Assembly (NCBI RefSeq): GCF_009914755.1
Contig: NC_060933.1
From: the human T2T-CHM13v2.0 reference genome, Homo sapiens
Reading direction: 5' to 3' (one strand)
Length of the DNA: 64,000 nt
Numbering within the stretch: the stretch's first letter is position 1; every line of letters starts with the position of its first letter. Shown in pieces: positions 1 to 16,288 of this stretch. Position numbers and translations under genes: made by a program. The notes beneath the pieces were generated by a model. That model made no database searches and had not been told where the DNA came from. It saw nothing but the letters and a program-made list of their open reading frames with translations.

Positions 1-1094
1 TCGCTGCCCACCACTGGCTCACGGCTTGGTAGCTACCCAGCCACACCCTCAGCCTCCCTTTTCCCTACTGTCGACCAACTGTGTGTCTGGCATGTAACAC
101 ACACTCAGACTGAGAATGTTTCTGTCTCTGTGCTAACTGCAGTGTCTGCCATCCTTTCCTGCTCTCTCATAGCAGGTACCGAGTCAGTCCAGACAGCTGC
201 TGCCTCTGGGCTCAGTGCTGATGGGCAGATCTCCAACCTCTGACCTTCCTTCTGCCTCCTCCATTAGTTCCACTCACATTTGCTCCAGTCAGGCCCGGAA
301 AATAAAGATAACAATTAGGAACAAATACACACAGGCCATGGGAGATCTACTAATGCACTTTGTCCACTGCCCCAAAAACGTCCCATGACAGCTGGTGGAC
401 ACTTTTTTAGATTTCCCAGTTAGAGCGGTTCTACATTTTGGATCTCAAAAATTCTCAACACTGATAAAGACCAGTGAAACAAGAATTCAGTTATAGCAAA
501 TTGTATGTTCTTTGTCAGAAAGTTTTAAAAAACAAAGTCCAATAATATTATTCAGAGAACATTTTCTTTCTTTGCATAAAATCTTCCTAGTGAATAGAGA
601 CAGACAGGGAAAAAACAAAATTCCATACATGGGAACAAGAAATAACGACTTCCATAAGGAAACACAAAACCAGGGAAGACACAGGCTGGAGGCGGGTGGG
701 GTGGGGAGGGCAGTGGGAGCTGTGTGCGTGCGTGTCTGCGTGTGTGTGTTCTGTGCACATTAGGGGTTAGGTTATCTAGAAGAATTCTATCAGGAAGAGA
801 TAATTTACCCAAGAAACGAATTGAGGAAGCTATCTATGCTATAGGGGAAAATTTCAGAGATACTGAATAGCTAGTACAAAGATGGATCTTGCTTGACATT
901 TTTAAAGAGCAGCTAGAAGAACAACATAGCACAAAATATTTGAAGCCACAGATAAGCAGAGAATACGGTCGAAGTTGCTTATTTCTTTTTATCTAAATAA
1001 GGTCAGTTCTTTATTGAAAATGACTACATTCATATGGTGCATAAAATATGTGGCAATTTACAGCAAGAATTAAAGAAAATAAAATTCTATAGAT

Positions 1095-1510
1095 TTAAAT
1101 TGGAAGCCAGTTGCAAAGGCAGAAGCAAGATGGGATGTGAAGCTGTGACAATGGTCCAGGTAAGAGATGGTGGGCAACTGGGCTGTCATGGTAATAACAG
1201 AGGTGAGGGAAAGTTGTCAGACTCCACATATACTCTGAAGCTGTGACTGACATGATCTGTCTAACGACTGAGTTGACAGGATATGCCTATGGATTGATCG
1301 TGGAGTGTGAAGGAATGGAAGTCATTGGTAACTCCACGCATATTGGCTCAAGCCAACAACTGGTAAATGCTGTGATATTTACTGAGAGGTGGAAGCCCAG
1401 GGGCAATAGGGTTTGGTGATGGGAAGGATATGGAGATAATAAACTTAGTTTTGGACGTGACTATTTGACATCCGAAAGGAAATGGAGTCTGGTGCTCAGA
1501 GGGGAACTTG
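1095..1510 (-). mobile_element. L2 fragment
   Basis: Diverged L2-like phrases (gtccaggtaagagatggtgg, tttggacgtgactatttgacatcc, ggagtctggtgctcagagg). Confidence 0.6.
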
Positions 1511-1837
1511 AAACCTATGTCAGGGATGGATAATATCCTGAATATATCTAATTCCAACCAGAAGAAAATTTCACAATGAATTAAAAAGTTCTATATTTCC
1601 TTGCAGATTTAATTCTTTATTCTTTCAGAAATAAGTGAAAAATAGACATGAGGGAAAATGGCTTGTCAGTGATTGCTAATCTGGGACTATGGTTAATAGA
1701 ATGTTATGGTATAATCTCTCAGCATGATTCCAGGACATGGTTAGGTGGATTTCTAAATATCTTTTCTCTCTTTCTGATTCAGAACATTTGTTCTTATTAG
1801 GCCATGTGGCTTTTTAAGGCCATTCCTATTACTACTA

Positions 1838-1874
1838 CTATATATATGTATATATATATATATACACACACACA
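1838..1874. repeat. (TA)n(CA)n microsatellite
   Basis: Seen directly. Confidence 0.9.
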
Positions 1875-2294
1875 TGATTATCCCAGAAAATTATCTTTTA
1901 TCTTCCCTCTTCTGTTGTTTATTCTTTTGACCTTGTTTGAGTAATGGCACCTTTTAAAATGATGTAGCAGATGAGGAGATTATTCACCTCAAGTGAGTCT
2001 GTGTCCTGAAACACATTTTGTTAACTGAAAGTATAATACATAATGAAGCTTGTTCTGTTACTCAGAAAAGATTCATGTATTCCTGTTGTAAGTAACAGGG
2101 ATTCTCTCTTTTCAACGGAGCTTTTACTACTCTGAAGATTCCATAAATCTGGCAGTTACATCTAGTTTTCTTGGGTATTTCTCAACACAAACTCAGTCTA
2201 GCCCTTGAAGCGTCAATGTGAAGCATGTAATTAGTAAGAATGTGGATTGATATATTAATCCATTCAGATAATCAAATGTCAGTGATTGATATGA

Positions 2295-2605
2295 CAGCTG
2301 TACAATCTCTTATCTAAAGCCTTGGTATCAGATTTGCTTTAGATTCAGATTCATTTCATATATTAGAAAGGTCATACTGTGTATACACCAAATATGAGTG
2401 ACTAGGTGGTAATCACATATGTTACTATTTTTGCAATAAAACATATGAATATTCACATTAAGCAGAGTAAGTAAAAAATGCAAATAGCCGCAAAGTCAGT
2501 ACATTCAGATTTTGCTGCTAAATAAATTTGGGTCTGCTTAGGGTTCACCATTTTAAGAATTTTGCTTTTAGAATTAAAAATTGCAGATAAGCAACTGTGG
2601 ATCTT
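2295..2605. mobile_element. Tigger/MER46-like DNA transposon remnant
   Basis: Ends resemble degenerate TIRs (cttatctaaa... / ...gcagataag); family assignment uncertain. Confidence 0.35.
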
Positions 2606-3344
2606 TAATAATAGAAAACATTAGCATAGGTAATGGGTAAAACCAGACCAAAAAAAACAAAGCCATAAAAAGACAGAGGGAGAGCATACAAGAAATATAT
2701 AAGACTGGAGAATGCATTTTTAACGTGTCCTTAACATAAAAGTAGAGGCAGCAGGATCCCTAGGAGAGAGCTGGAAATGCATTCTGTTCTCCTGGTACAG
2801 GAAGGTTAATACGATGACCCTGAGGGCAGGGGATGTAGCTGTGGTCAGGAAAAGATAATAATAATAAAGATAATAATGTGCTGGGAAAGATAATAAGCCT
2901 ATAAAAACATAATTTTCATTAATCAAGAGTGTTAATATTTTAGGTATCAAAAATAAATCTTAAGTTATTTTAATATCATCCATTCATTTCTAAAATTAAT
3001 GCCTTGGTAAAGGGCAGAAACTCTAATAAGAGATGTAATTTATTGTTAAGGCAGCAATGATAAGACTGGAGGACAGTCAATATCAGCCCATCTTTTTAAG
3101 AAAATGATAAATAGGAGACAGTCAGTGAAATTTATTTCTACAGAAGTAGCTTTGATAGGAAAAATACTAGACACAAGGGACATGCCTAGTGAAGAATATG
3201 ATAACTATGACTCAGCTCACATTTCCCAAGAGTATATTACTAACCTCTACCATAATTATTTGCTTATTTACTAAAAGAATGGATTAATGAATAAACAAAT
3301 GGAGAATATGTCCCTGAGATGTTGATGTAGCAGTTCAAGAAACA

Positions 3345-3692
3345 CGAATCATGATGGTTACCAGTGGCAGGGAAGGGGCGTGGGGGGCTGGGGAGGAGAT
3401 GGGGATAGTTATTGGGCACAAAAAAATAGTAAGAATGAATAAGACCTAGGATTTGATAGCACAACAAGGTGACTATAGTCAATAATAATTTAATTGTACA
3501 TTTTAAAGTAACTAAAAGTGTATAATTGGATTGTCTGTAACACAAAGGATAAATACTTGGGATGGATATCCCATTTTATATGATGTGATTATTATGCACT
3601 GCATGCCTGTATCAAAGTATCTCATGAATCCCATAAATGTGTACACCTGCTATGCACTCACAAAAAGTAAAAGTTTTTTTAAAAAAAAGAAA
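3345..3692 (+). mobile_element. L1MA 3' end
   Basis: gaatgaataagacctag...ggtgactatagtcaataataattt...gcatgcctgtatcaaa; A-rich end. Confidence 0.85.
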
Positions 3693-4396
3693 CTCAAATA
3701 TCTACATAGGTATTTTATAATCCAAACTTGACAGCCTCTCTCTTTGCAATTTTACAACTTTCAGCAAATTCCCCATATTCTCTCCATCTCAGTCTGAACA
3801 GCCATTTCACATCTTACAGCTCACTGTTTGTTGTGTATCTCATCCATTATCCATGGTTTTGTTTGCATTACTTTTGCTTTCTGAAATATCCTCCTGAATT
3901 GTTTTCCAACAACCCACGAGGTAACGCTTTCTCCAAGGCCTGCCATTCTCAAGTCTCTTCGGGTCTGTGTCTTATAACTGAACACTCACAAGAACCATCT
4001 CTGGTTTGTTTTGTGGGTTCTCTCTTCAGTAGCATTAACATTTTTTTCACCATGCAAATTCTGTATAGTTGGTCATAGAGTAGGAAATGAAGCTATTAAA
4101 TGGTTACAATTTGCCAGTCACAGTGATGGAGGATGAAGGAGATGCAAAGATAAAGCCCTATCCCCAAAAACCTTTTAGCTCAAAACGATGGAAGGCTGAG
4201 TCCTGAACCCTCATAGCACTACATTTCATTGTTTTAGTCCAAAACAAGTCCTAGAGATCTGCAGAGCCAGGAAGGACCATTTTCATTGTGGTTGTTCAAA
4301 AAAGGCATCCTGGGAGAGGATGAATTTCCCTCATTCATTCAGGAAACATTTCCTCATGTCCTAGTCCTGTTAGGCACAGTTAGGCTTTAGAGGCTG

Positions 4397-4840
4397 AGTT
4401 AGTTTTCCAGAACTGCTGTAACAAAGTGCCACAAACTAGGTAGCTAAAGTGATGGAGGCCATACGTCCAAGATCAGGGTGTCTGCCGGCCATGCTGCCTC
4501 CGGAGGCTCTAGGGAGGGATCTGTTCCATGCCCATCTCCTAGCTGCTGGTGCCTCCGGTGTTCTGTGGCTTGTCCATGCATTATCCCAATCCTCCCTCCT
4601 CACAGGGCTGCTTCCCTATGTGTCCTTGCACTGTGTTCCCTGTGTGTATAACTGTCTCTGGGTCCAAAGGTCCTTCTTGATGAGGACACCAGTCATATTA
4701 GATTAGGGTCAACCCTCCTGACTACACTTTAACTTGATTACCTCTGTAAAAACCTTATATCCAATTAAGGTCACATTCTGAGGTACTGGGAGTTAGGATT
4801 CCAACATATGTTTTTGGGAAACCACAAGTCAACCCAGAAT
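4397..4840 (-). mobile_element. MLT1 (MaLR) solo LTR
   Basis: gctgtaacaaagtgccacaaact...gaggacaccagtcatattagattaggg...aaggtcacattctgaggtactggg. Confidence 0.8.
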
Positions 4841-5295
4841 AGAGATGCAGGGATGAAAGGCAGGCACAGTGACTTTGAAAGGAAGCTCACACTGTGAGCG
4901 GGCACCAGGAAAGTAAATCACTTGTTCCAGTGAAGCTCAACACGTTCCTACACGAGGTAAGATCATGAGAGTTGACATCTGTCATTTTAAGTGTTCTGGA
5001 TTAGTAAGAACCTTAACCTTTACGCTCTTTCCCCGCAGGCTAGTAACCTTTCAGAGTAAGCAAAATTGGCAAATGGCATTGCCTTGGCTATGGTTTCCCT
5101 CTGAACTGCTTAACTTGATAACAAAAATGCTGACGGTACCTCTGTCATTGATGTATTTTTTTTTAGGAGGAAGAAAGAGCCAAATTACAAATACGATGCA
5201 GACTCTATATGAGTCTTCTCTTACAGCATCTCTTTTATAGGGAAACTGTCCACAACATTTTAAACATTATTAATCAATGCAGAGCAAGATTTTAA

Positions 5296-5531
<236 letters not shown>

Positions 5532-5615
5532 TGACATATAATCAGAAACAGAAATAATGTCACTGTTATGAGGATATTTACAGATTCAGAGAATGTCACA
5601 GAGATCTGTAGTCTA

Positions 5616-5981
<366 letters not shown>

Positions 5982-6377
5982 TTAATAAAGGACACACAAT
6001 TCTTCAAGTTCAAAGTCTGTGTTCCTGTGCTTGTCATACACACAGAAACTGCTCATTTATTACATTTTGAAATTTCAGTGTCTTTCAAAAACATCAGATC
6101 AAATCAGAGAAAATAAATGAATTCAATCTACCACTCTAAAATAATGCAGAGGCAATGTTAAATTACTTTATTAAGCAAACCCAGAAAAAATAAATTATAT
6201 ATGATTTGTATTATTTTTTAACTTCCACACTATTTAATGGTATAATATAAGATTGTCTTTCAATGCTTTCAATGAAATAGGTATCTTACTTTCACTTAGA
6301 ACATTTTTTTCTACGTAATTCTTAAAATTCTGTTTTTCTAATAGGTTTGCAGCAATAGGTAGCAATTATTATTATTA

Positions 6378-6623
<246 letters not shown>

Positions 6624-8982
6624 TTATTTAAACATAGCTGTTACTAGATTAGAAAACTATAAAATTATGAATATATATTAAGAAAATCATCGATTTACAA
6701 TAGAAAAAATAGAAGAATTACATGTGACTGGATGAACCCTAAATTGTGTTCACATTTAGCTAGATGACCCCTGACATTCTAGAAGGCAGGTGTCCTACTG
6801 ACTGCAGAAAATGTTTGTTTAATGCAGGTGGCCACTAGAGCATTCCTGTCAACTTTTGGAACTAGTGTTATTTCATAGCCCTTGTGCAAGATTTGCCCTT
6901 TGCCAACCTAAGAGACTAAATTCCAGTAGTAGGAAGTACAGCATTAAGCACTGATAAAACAAAGACGGTTAATATATTGACCTTGCACTCAAAGTGCTTA
7001 CAGTCTCATAGGAGAAATGGATGTAAAAGAAGAGTTAAAACATAGAGTGCTTTGTGAGGCAATCCCACTTACATGTGGAATTTTAAAAAGCTGAATTCAC
7101 AGAAGTACAGAGGAGAGTGATGGTTACGAGGAACTGGGGTGTGGAGGAGATATTGGTAAAAAAATACAAAAAGGTATGGAGTAGCAAATGGTCAAGGTGA
7201 GTCCTAAGCAGGTTCTGGTGCACTCTGCTCTCTCTGGCAGTACTGCAGGGAAACTGGGGCAAGTCTCACACAGTGCTCATCCACCTTGGACAAGGAAAAG
7301 GAGACTGTCGGGTATTGAAGAAGATGCGTGCAGAGCAGAAAATTTGCTTTTTGCTCTGACCAATGCCAAATCTGAAACAAAAACATAGGCATGTCCGCTG
7401 ATGTTTTATTGATGTTTGTTATTTTTCTAGTCTAATAGAATTAGGGGACACTCGAAAACCACAGCTTCTTTAATAATCAATGTCTAGAAAAAGAGAGTGC
7501 TCTATAAACAATTCCCAAGCCGAGGAGTCAGAACACTTTTATTATTCCCTGGTGCTGCCACTTACCTGAAGGCTCTGATAGAAAGTCTGAAGTTCTAGAC
7601 AGTTCATTATTATTCATTGACTTATACTGTGTATTTTATTATTAGGGGTTTATCATTATGTCCTCATTTGTAAAGTCTTTAGTACTTCACTACATGTCCA
7701 AAAAAGTTTGATATTATTAGAATATAGCTAGGTGTAAAAACGAATAAGTGAGGACATTATACTTTAATATAAGTTATTATGGGGAAGTGTTGAGAAATAT
7801 AAATATTTATATTTAAATAATAACAATTCATACTTAAATAATAAATATAAATATTAGGCACCTATTTGAATTGATGACCACACTTAACTACTGTTTCCTT
7901 ATGATTCCCAAGTTTACAGATTCTTAGAAGTCAGATTCTAAGATATTTTTGTAGTGAATCTTTGTTCAAAAATATTTTTTCCTCTGAATGTACGATAAGC
8001 ACCTCTAAAGTTTATATTATATATATAGTATGTACACAGACATATATATAATTTTTGTTTGTTTTGCTTTTTATTGTTCCATGTTTTGAATTGAAGAGTC
8101 AGGAATTTGATCTAGTAGACAAGATGGAAAATTATTGGTAACCAACACTGTGCATCTGATTGACACTAAAATACTCCATTTATTTTCTTAATCCAGACAG
8201 CTAGGAGGTGGACACAGCTCTTGTTCAAAGTTAAATGTTCTGCTACAGACCAGGGGCATCCTCCACTCATGCAACATGGTTTCCTAGATCGGGCAATATT
8301 TATTCTTGGATGATTTACAGCAATATTTATGTGAGCCCCTGCCAGAGACAGTGCACAGATTTCTTTAGCCCTCAGTAGGAACTACTTCCACAGTTTCTTC
8401 TCTCTGCTCATTCCTCCTTCCAACTTAACTTTTCAGGATGTAACAGAATTCCACCTACCCACTTCCATAATCACTCAATTTAACAATGAACACTTATCGA
8501 GCATTTGAGAACTCTAGGTCAGGCAAAGAGTTCCCTTTAAATAAATTTTGCATTTAATTCCTAACATACCTTTAAAAGACAAGGCCTCATTACTACCCTC
8601 CATATATGGTGGGCAGCTCACCTATGTTTACGCATCTAGCAAGGGGCCCATGAGCTTTGGATCCAGAACCTGTGCAATTAAATATTTCTATTATATTATT
8701 TTGATGATAATCGTGGGATGTGGTGTTTCTCAAATAAATGTAACAAAGATGTAAAGACGTTTGGGAGTGAGCAGGTCTGGCTACCTAAGGCAGCAGCCCC
8801 CATACAGCAGGGCAACCTCTCCTACTCCTGGTCAGGCAAGGTCTGGGTTTCGGAAAGCTGAGGGTGCAGTGCCAATGGGTTTTTCTCTACTGGCCCTTCC
8901 TGTTGACTCCACCAGATCTACTCTTCTCTCCTAAGCCTATGTAAACTTTAATTGGTGGGAGATCCTTTTGGGGTTGGTCTAA

Positions 8983-9377
<395 letters not shown>

Positions 9378-12329
9378 TATTTTATGGCTGTTTTAAAAGA
9401 GTTGGGAGAAGGTGAGGGAGATGCTAACAGCCAACCCATCATCTTAGGCTGGATGTTGTACATTGGGAATTTTATACACAGAGCTGAAACTTCTGAGGAA
9501 CTATTCAATATTTTTGGTTCTTCCCCTCATCTTAGTTAAGGGCATCCTGTTCAGCTTGTATTTCATAACCTTTCTTTGGTGTTTTCACTCCCTCTCATTC
9601 CAGGTTTAGAAAAGTAATTACTATGAGAACACATGTGGAGAAGCACAAGGAGGAAAATGAGTTGACACGGTTCTGGTGTGCTACCCTGGGGTGGTGTGTT
9701 TTCATCAGATGAAGAGGGAGCCGCTGGCCATCCCTCTTCTCGGCATCCCTCACAGTTTGTTAGTTTGTTGGTGTTCATGGTTGCACTCCTGGTAACAGAT
9801 GACACATTTCAGTGACTTCATTTTACCTTTGATGAAGTAGTACTCAAATGCAAATAAGCTATATTTTCAGCCATTACTGATAAAGTAATGAAATTCTGGC
9901 ATTACCAAAGAATTTCATCAGGATGTTGTAGCCTCAGGAAATCTGCAATCCCAGATGCGTTTTAAGGGTAAGCTGCTGTGCACACAATTTAATTAAACGC
10001 TGAGTGGAAATGGTGGGAAACACAGCGTGACTGACCTGTGCACTGCTGGATAGCACTAGTCTGTGTGCCTTTGTTAAAGGCAGCTTTGATGGTTGGTATA
10101 GAAGGCCACTATGGGTAACAGAAAGAGAAAGGAGGTTGGCTGACTCCACCCCCAACTAGAGTGTAGTAATTGTCCAGTCACTCAGCCTCTCTGAGACAAA
10201 AATGTTGTCCTTTGTTTAAAAAAGAAAAGCATAAAGTTGGGAGTGGGGGGATTAACAGTCATATAAATCACGTCACAAGACTGTAAGGAAGACAATGGGA
10301 TAACTGAAACTACAGCACTTTGTAACTAAATTATTATTCAAATGTGATGTTATACTCAATTTTTGTTGTCTTTAAATTAAAACAAATGAAAGTCTTCTAT
10401 TTGTTAAGTCAAGATTATACATGTGCTGACTACTTTTCAACCTGGAAGTGTCTTTTCATAGTCCCTTCTAGTCTATGGTCAACAAAACTTTGTACACAAA
10501 ACAGGGGAAGCAGTTATGTCCTCTAAGCTCAGCCTCTCCCCCATAACAAATGTTTCTTCTCCACTTCACCCTCCTCCCCCTGCCTCTGACAAGACATTGC
10601 ACCTGAGTTAAATAAAGTGTCACAATTCTACCCCACAGATCCTATGAATTATGAAAACTCATCCCCTCCATTCATAATATATGTTCTGACACACATGTTC
10701 CATTACTGGAATGAGATTAAAATATGCTGAGCAACTGAAACTTTCTCTTACACTTTATATGGCTTGAGGAACAGCAGATGTTATTTTTTAAAGGGTAATT
10801 CGTTTTTATAAAGGTTGATATTGGTACCACAGTGAAGATGCTGAGCTGCGCTAACTGTTTTGTCCCTAAATGTTCACACAACATAGGATTTATCTTATGA
10901 ACCGTTTTATCCACTTTTAAGTTTTCAAGTTCTGAGGAAATTATTAAAGTTTTGCCACTTATTTTGTAATGGAAAACAAGGGAAAAGGGGGAAGTGAGAA
11001 ACTCTGAAGCATATATTGTATGCTGAGAATTCGACCAGATATTTTCAAGCATATTATCATTTTTTATTTCTAAAAGCATTCAGTGGGTTGTCTTTATCGT
11101 ATCTACCTTACAGATGAGAAAATAAAATCACTAATTAAAACACATGGAAAGATATTATTTTTAAAATCAGCTTATGTTTCATTTTTATCCCTGTCCATGA
11201 ATATATTCACATGATTTGTCAATCACTTAGTACTTTTTGGTTATGAATAATCTGGCATGATTATGTCTCTATTTTGTACAGTTATATCTGTTTGTTATAA
11301 TTCTGCACTTACATCAGGTCAAAGTTACATTTCACTATCTGGGGCAGGGGGCTCTGTGAAAGAAAAGTAGAAACCCTACAGCTGGAGCCTTAATTATTTC
11401 TGACTAACAACAATAAAACTTCCCATGACTATAGTATCTAGTCATAAGTGACAGCACTGTCACAGAGTATGTATTGACTTTGTTTACAGGGGAAATAATG
11501 CACAGGTAAATCATCATCATCATCATTACAATTATCATCATATCACCATAATCTTATACCTTCCTTAACTAAATTTGATGTTGAGGGCACAAAATATAAG
11601 TAAACAAAGTAAATGTTCAAAGCCAGCCACTATTAGGGACTTCTGTATACCAAGCAAACACACAGTTAAGTCAACCTTGTCCCCACGAGACACTTCCCAC
11701 TAAGATAACAAATTGTTTCAAATGTGATTTTATCCAGATATATTTGTTTCTTTCCTCATCTAATTGCATTTTAATTCACATTAAAAATTTCAGGTATTCC
11801 CTGGGGTGAGCAGGAGGTGGGAAGTGAGATGTGAGGTAGGGACTGTCACAGCTCCTACACTCCAGTGTGATTATATGTAATTTATAGGGAAGAGGAGTGA
11901 AGCTGGCTTTAAATCAACTCCCTCATTCCACTTCTGAGATTTATAGGCTTTAAACAGCCATGCTTTTTGTCAGTAGGTCTGCCTTTTTGCTGAGGGTAAT
12001 TTAAACATTTACCTGAGATCTAATTTCATTTAGAAAAAAAAGGGCTAACTACACAGATATAGAATCAGGTACTACAGTCTTTTTCAACTATGCTGTTTTA
12101 AAGTAAAAAATACAGAAACCCTCCCTCAGAATCTGTCTTTGTGTACATGTTCTATTTCAGCAGTAATTCCTTCAATCTTAGCAGGTTGAAGCAGAAAGAA
12201 TATTCAGCCTACTAAAAATGTGTTCATAAAAAAAGTACTGCAATTATGGTTAAAATCTCAGAGTGTATATAACAATTTATAAAATGTATTCTCTTACAAA
12301 ATGCATCTACACTCCCTAGTAGCTTTGAA

Positions 12330-13200
12330 AATGGACAAAGAATAAACAAAAAACAAATAGTAGATGTTAGACTTAAAATTAATCATATAATCATATTAAA
12401 GGCAAGTAGTACAAACACTCCTATTAAATGGCAATGATGGTCAGATTAGATGAGAAAGCAAGATCCAACTATATGTTGCCTACAAGAAACACACTTTAAA
12501 TAAAAAAGGCTCAAATAGCCTAAGTGTAAACACATGGAAAAATATATATTATGCCAATAATAGTTTTTTAAAAAGCTGGATTGGCTATATTAAAGTAGAT
12601 TTCAGTGCAAAAATTATTATAAAAGGTAAAGAAAATTATTTCGTAATGATTAAGATGTTCTTTCATCATAGGACATAATCCTAAACATGCAAACACTTAA
12701 TAACAGAGCTTCAAAATACATGAAATGAAACCTAGTAAAACTGAATGAAATAGATAAATCCACAATGACAGTAGGAGATTCTAGCACCCCGTCTCGGTAA
12801 CTGATTGCACAAGAAGACAGAAAATAGGGATTCAGAAGTATTAATTATCACTATCAACCTATATGATTCATTGATATTTATGGAATGTTTCACCTAACAG
12901 AAGAACATGTATTCTTTTTCAAGTTCATTTGGAACTTTTACCAAAATAGACCATTAAACGAGTCATTAAACAAGTTTCAACAAAGTTAAAATCATTTAAG
13001 TCATGTAAAGTATATCTTTGTGATATACAATAGATTAAAATAAGAAATCAACAATAGCAACTTCTCTGAAAAATCCAGGAATATTAGGAAACTAATAACA
13101 CATACTTCATAATCAATGAATCAAAGAAGAAACTAAAAGGGAAATTAGCAAGTATTTCAAGCTGAATGAAAATGAAAATACAACTTATCAAAATCTATGG
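12330..13200 (+). mobile_element. Ancient L1M ORF2 endonuclease-region fragment
   Basis: gatccaactatatgttgcctacaagaaacacacttt, agtaggagatttctagcacccc, tgaaaatgaaaatacaacttatcaaaatctatgg. Confidence 0.8.
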
Positions 13201-15536
13201 GCTGGAACTTCTGGCTTCTGCCCCAGGAAGTAGAAAGCTATAAGGAGCCTCATTTCCACCCTTACAACCAACTTCAAGTTCATGATCTTTTACAAATGCA
13301 TTGGAGAGTTGAGCTTGCAGAACCACCACCTAGCCTAAAATCTAAAGAGATATGAACCTCACAGGGAGAGATGTGAGCAGGATCTCACCTTACATAGATG
13401 AAACCAGAGGTCAGTAAGAAAAGTTCAGCTGGAATAGTTAACAAAATGGTGAAACCTACTGTGCAGGCTGGTGGGACAGTGAGAAATCCTTTATCACCCC
13501 AGAAGTTGGGGGAGTGTTCCCTCTTGCAGGCACTTGCTCCACTGGCCATTGGCAGAAACTCACATGCACTCCACTGAGAACTCTATTTGGCCCTCACAGA
13601 AAACATCAGAAAGAGCCCTAAAGGTTAAATGACTCAGCCTATAACCTCCGTTATCTCCACCACATCTTGATTTTTGGGTAGGTGTAGTTCCATTCATCTT
13701 GGTAACTAACTGCATAATTCAATAAAACCATCATTGTGCATTTTTTCATACATCCAATAAATTATCTGATGAGACATATAATCTCAAATTATCACTTGAG
13801 CAGGCAAAGAAGCCATTATCTTCACTTGGTGAGTAGAAACAATTAGGCAAAAGTGATGGGTGATGTGCAAACGGGGCATATGAGGAGAGGGCTGGAATGG
13901 AGTCAGGGCACCCTGAGGCTGACTGCACGCCTCTCATTGTGTTCCATTTCCCACAGATAGTGTGTTTACTTTCTTCAGGGAGTGATTAAACACGTGTATT
14001 TGTCTTTCTTATTAAATGACAATTGATATCATGCAAGGAAACACGAGAGTGAAATGCTGAGAAGTGAATATTTTAGTGAATACCAAATTATCCATCTGTA
14101 TGTGATTGATTGCTCAGTCAACCAAAATCCCCTAGCCCACCCCCTAAAAAAAAAAGAGATGGTAATATTTACATTTTTCCTAAGGATATTATGTAGTTAA
14201 ACTAATTATAGTTTATGAAATTGCTGTGAAAGCCTCGTATGAAAAGAGACATGCATTTGTTATTGCATGTAATAGGACACTATCAAAATATGATGCAAAA
14301 GGAATGTCCTCTAAACATTACAATAATGTTTATTTTAAGTTGCTATTAACAGAGAAATTTTTTTAGAGGCAAGCACACATCGGGTACAATGTGGGGCGTC
14401 AGAATTCTGCTAAAGTTTGTCCCACTGAATTCTTTGGAAAAAATATGACAACCTAAAAAAATCCAGTTGGCAAAAATTAATGTGAAAGAAAATAGGTGAA
14501 TCTGCACCATGTCCTACAGAAGTTCTGGAATGCCTCCGTTAACACTGACTTTAATAACTAATGTAGGAGAGTTGGTTATAGGACCAACTGTTGTAATTTA
14601 CCATTTTCATCATTGGTCATAGTCCTTTTGAATCCGTTTTGAAGCACAAATTAAACTGCCAGTCAGAAATTAAATGTTATTTAAGAAAAAAATTATTTTG
14701 AAATATAGCTTCACATCAATTGGCAAAGATAGTACAGAGAAGTGATGTGTACTCTTCACCTAGTTTCTACCAATGGTTACATCTTATAAAATTACAGTAC
14801 AATATCAAAACCAGGAAACGATGTGTCTATGTAGTTGTATGACACGTTTAGGGTCCGTAACCCCCACCACAATCAAGAAAGAGAACGACTTCACTACCAC
14901 AACAATCCTCCTCATTGGTACCCTTTACAGTTATACATAGCAACCACTAATTTGTTTTCTATCTCTATAATTTCCTCAATTCCTCAGGTTCCTAGATGGT
15001 CTGTCTTCCCTACAATTTTTCATTCTTATGTTTATTTTATATATAAAGTGCCTTTTAAAATGTACTTATCAGGAAGAATATATTAAAGACATGTACTTCA
15101 TCTCTCCGGAGCAGAAGCTGGCAATATGATGGTGAATACAGTGTCCCTTTATTCTTGAGTGATTCCAGTTGCCTCTGGTAAATAGGAAGTTTCCTATTCA
15201 ACCTCACCTTTCTTGCCAAGAACTGCATGACAGTTGAGCTGTCACATGTTATCACTGGATTTTTTTGAACAGGAAAAAAGTGAAAGGACAACATTTTTAG
15301 AAGGAAGAATGCAAACTGTAAGAGAGCGATGCGAAAATCCTAGAGAGGAGTGGGACGGCATTCTTCATTAAGAGTAATTGGTAACATTAAGGAACAATTA
15401 AGTACATAAAGAAATCATGGCCTATCGGTAGCTTTAATTTTATTACTAAATAGCAACCAGTTCAATGAATATGCCACATTGTGGTTATCCATTCAGTGGC
15501 TGATGGACATTTGAGTTGTTTCCAGTTTTTGTCTAC

Positions 15537-15896
15537 TGTATTAGTCCATTTTCACACTGCTGATGAAGACATATCTGAGACTGGGTAATTCATAAAGAAA
15601 AAAGGTTTAATGGATTCACATTTCCATGTGGCTGAGGAGGCCTCACAATCATGGCAGAAGGCGAAAAGCATATTTTACGTGGCAGCAAACAAGACAGAAT
15701 GACTATCAAGCAAAAGGGGTTCCCCCTTATAAAACCATCAGACCTTGTGAGATTGATTCTCAACTACGAGAACAGTATGGGGGAACCGCCCCCATGATTC
15801 AGTTATCTCCCACTGGGTCCCTCCCACAACACCTAGGAATTACGAGAGCTACAATTCAAGATGAGATCTGAGTGGGGACACAGCCAAACCATATCA
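15537..15896 (-). mobile_element. THE1 (MaLR) solo LTR
   Basis: tgtattagtccattttcacactgct...gtggggacacagccaaaccatatca; 5-bp TSD tctac (15532-15536 / 15897-15901). Confidence 0.92.
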
Positions 15897-15942
15897 TCTA
15901 CTATGAATAATGTTGCTATGAATATATATATATATATATAAA

Positions 15943-16288
15943 TTTTTTTTACATTTTTTACATTTTTGCATTTACTTTTTTTTTTTACATTTTTTTTTAC
16001 ATTTTACAACAGGCAGAGTCTCGCTCTGTTGCCCAGGCCAAGATTCAATGCAATCTCAGCTCACTGCAACCTCCACCTCCCAGGTTCAAGCGATTCTCCT
16101 GCCTGAGCTACCCGAGTAGCTGGGATTCCTGGCGTGCACCACCACGTCCAGCTAATTTTTGTATTTTTAGTGGACACGGGGTTTCGCCATGTTGGCCAGG
16201 CTGGTCTCGAACTCCTGACCTCAAATAATCCATCCACCTCGCCCTCTCAAACTGGCGGCATTACAGGTGTGAGCCACTGTGCCCAGCC
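15943..16288 (-). mobile_element. AluS with degenerate (TTTTTACA)n tail
   Basis: Dimeric Alu; gctatgaa repeated at both flanks. Confidence 0.9.
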
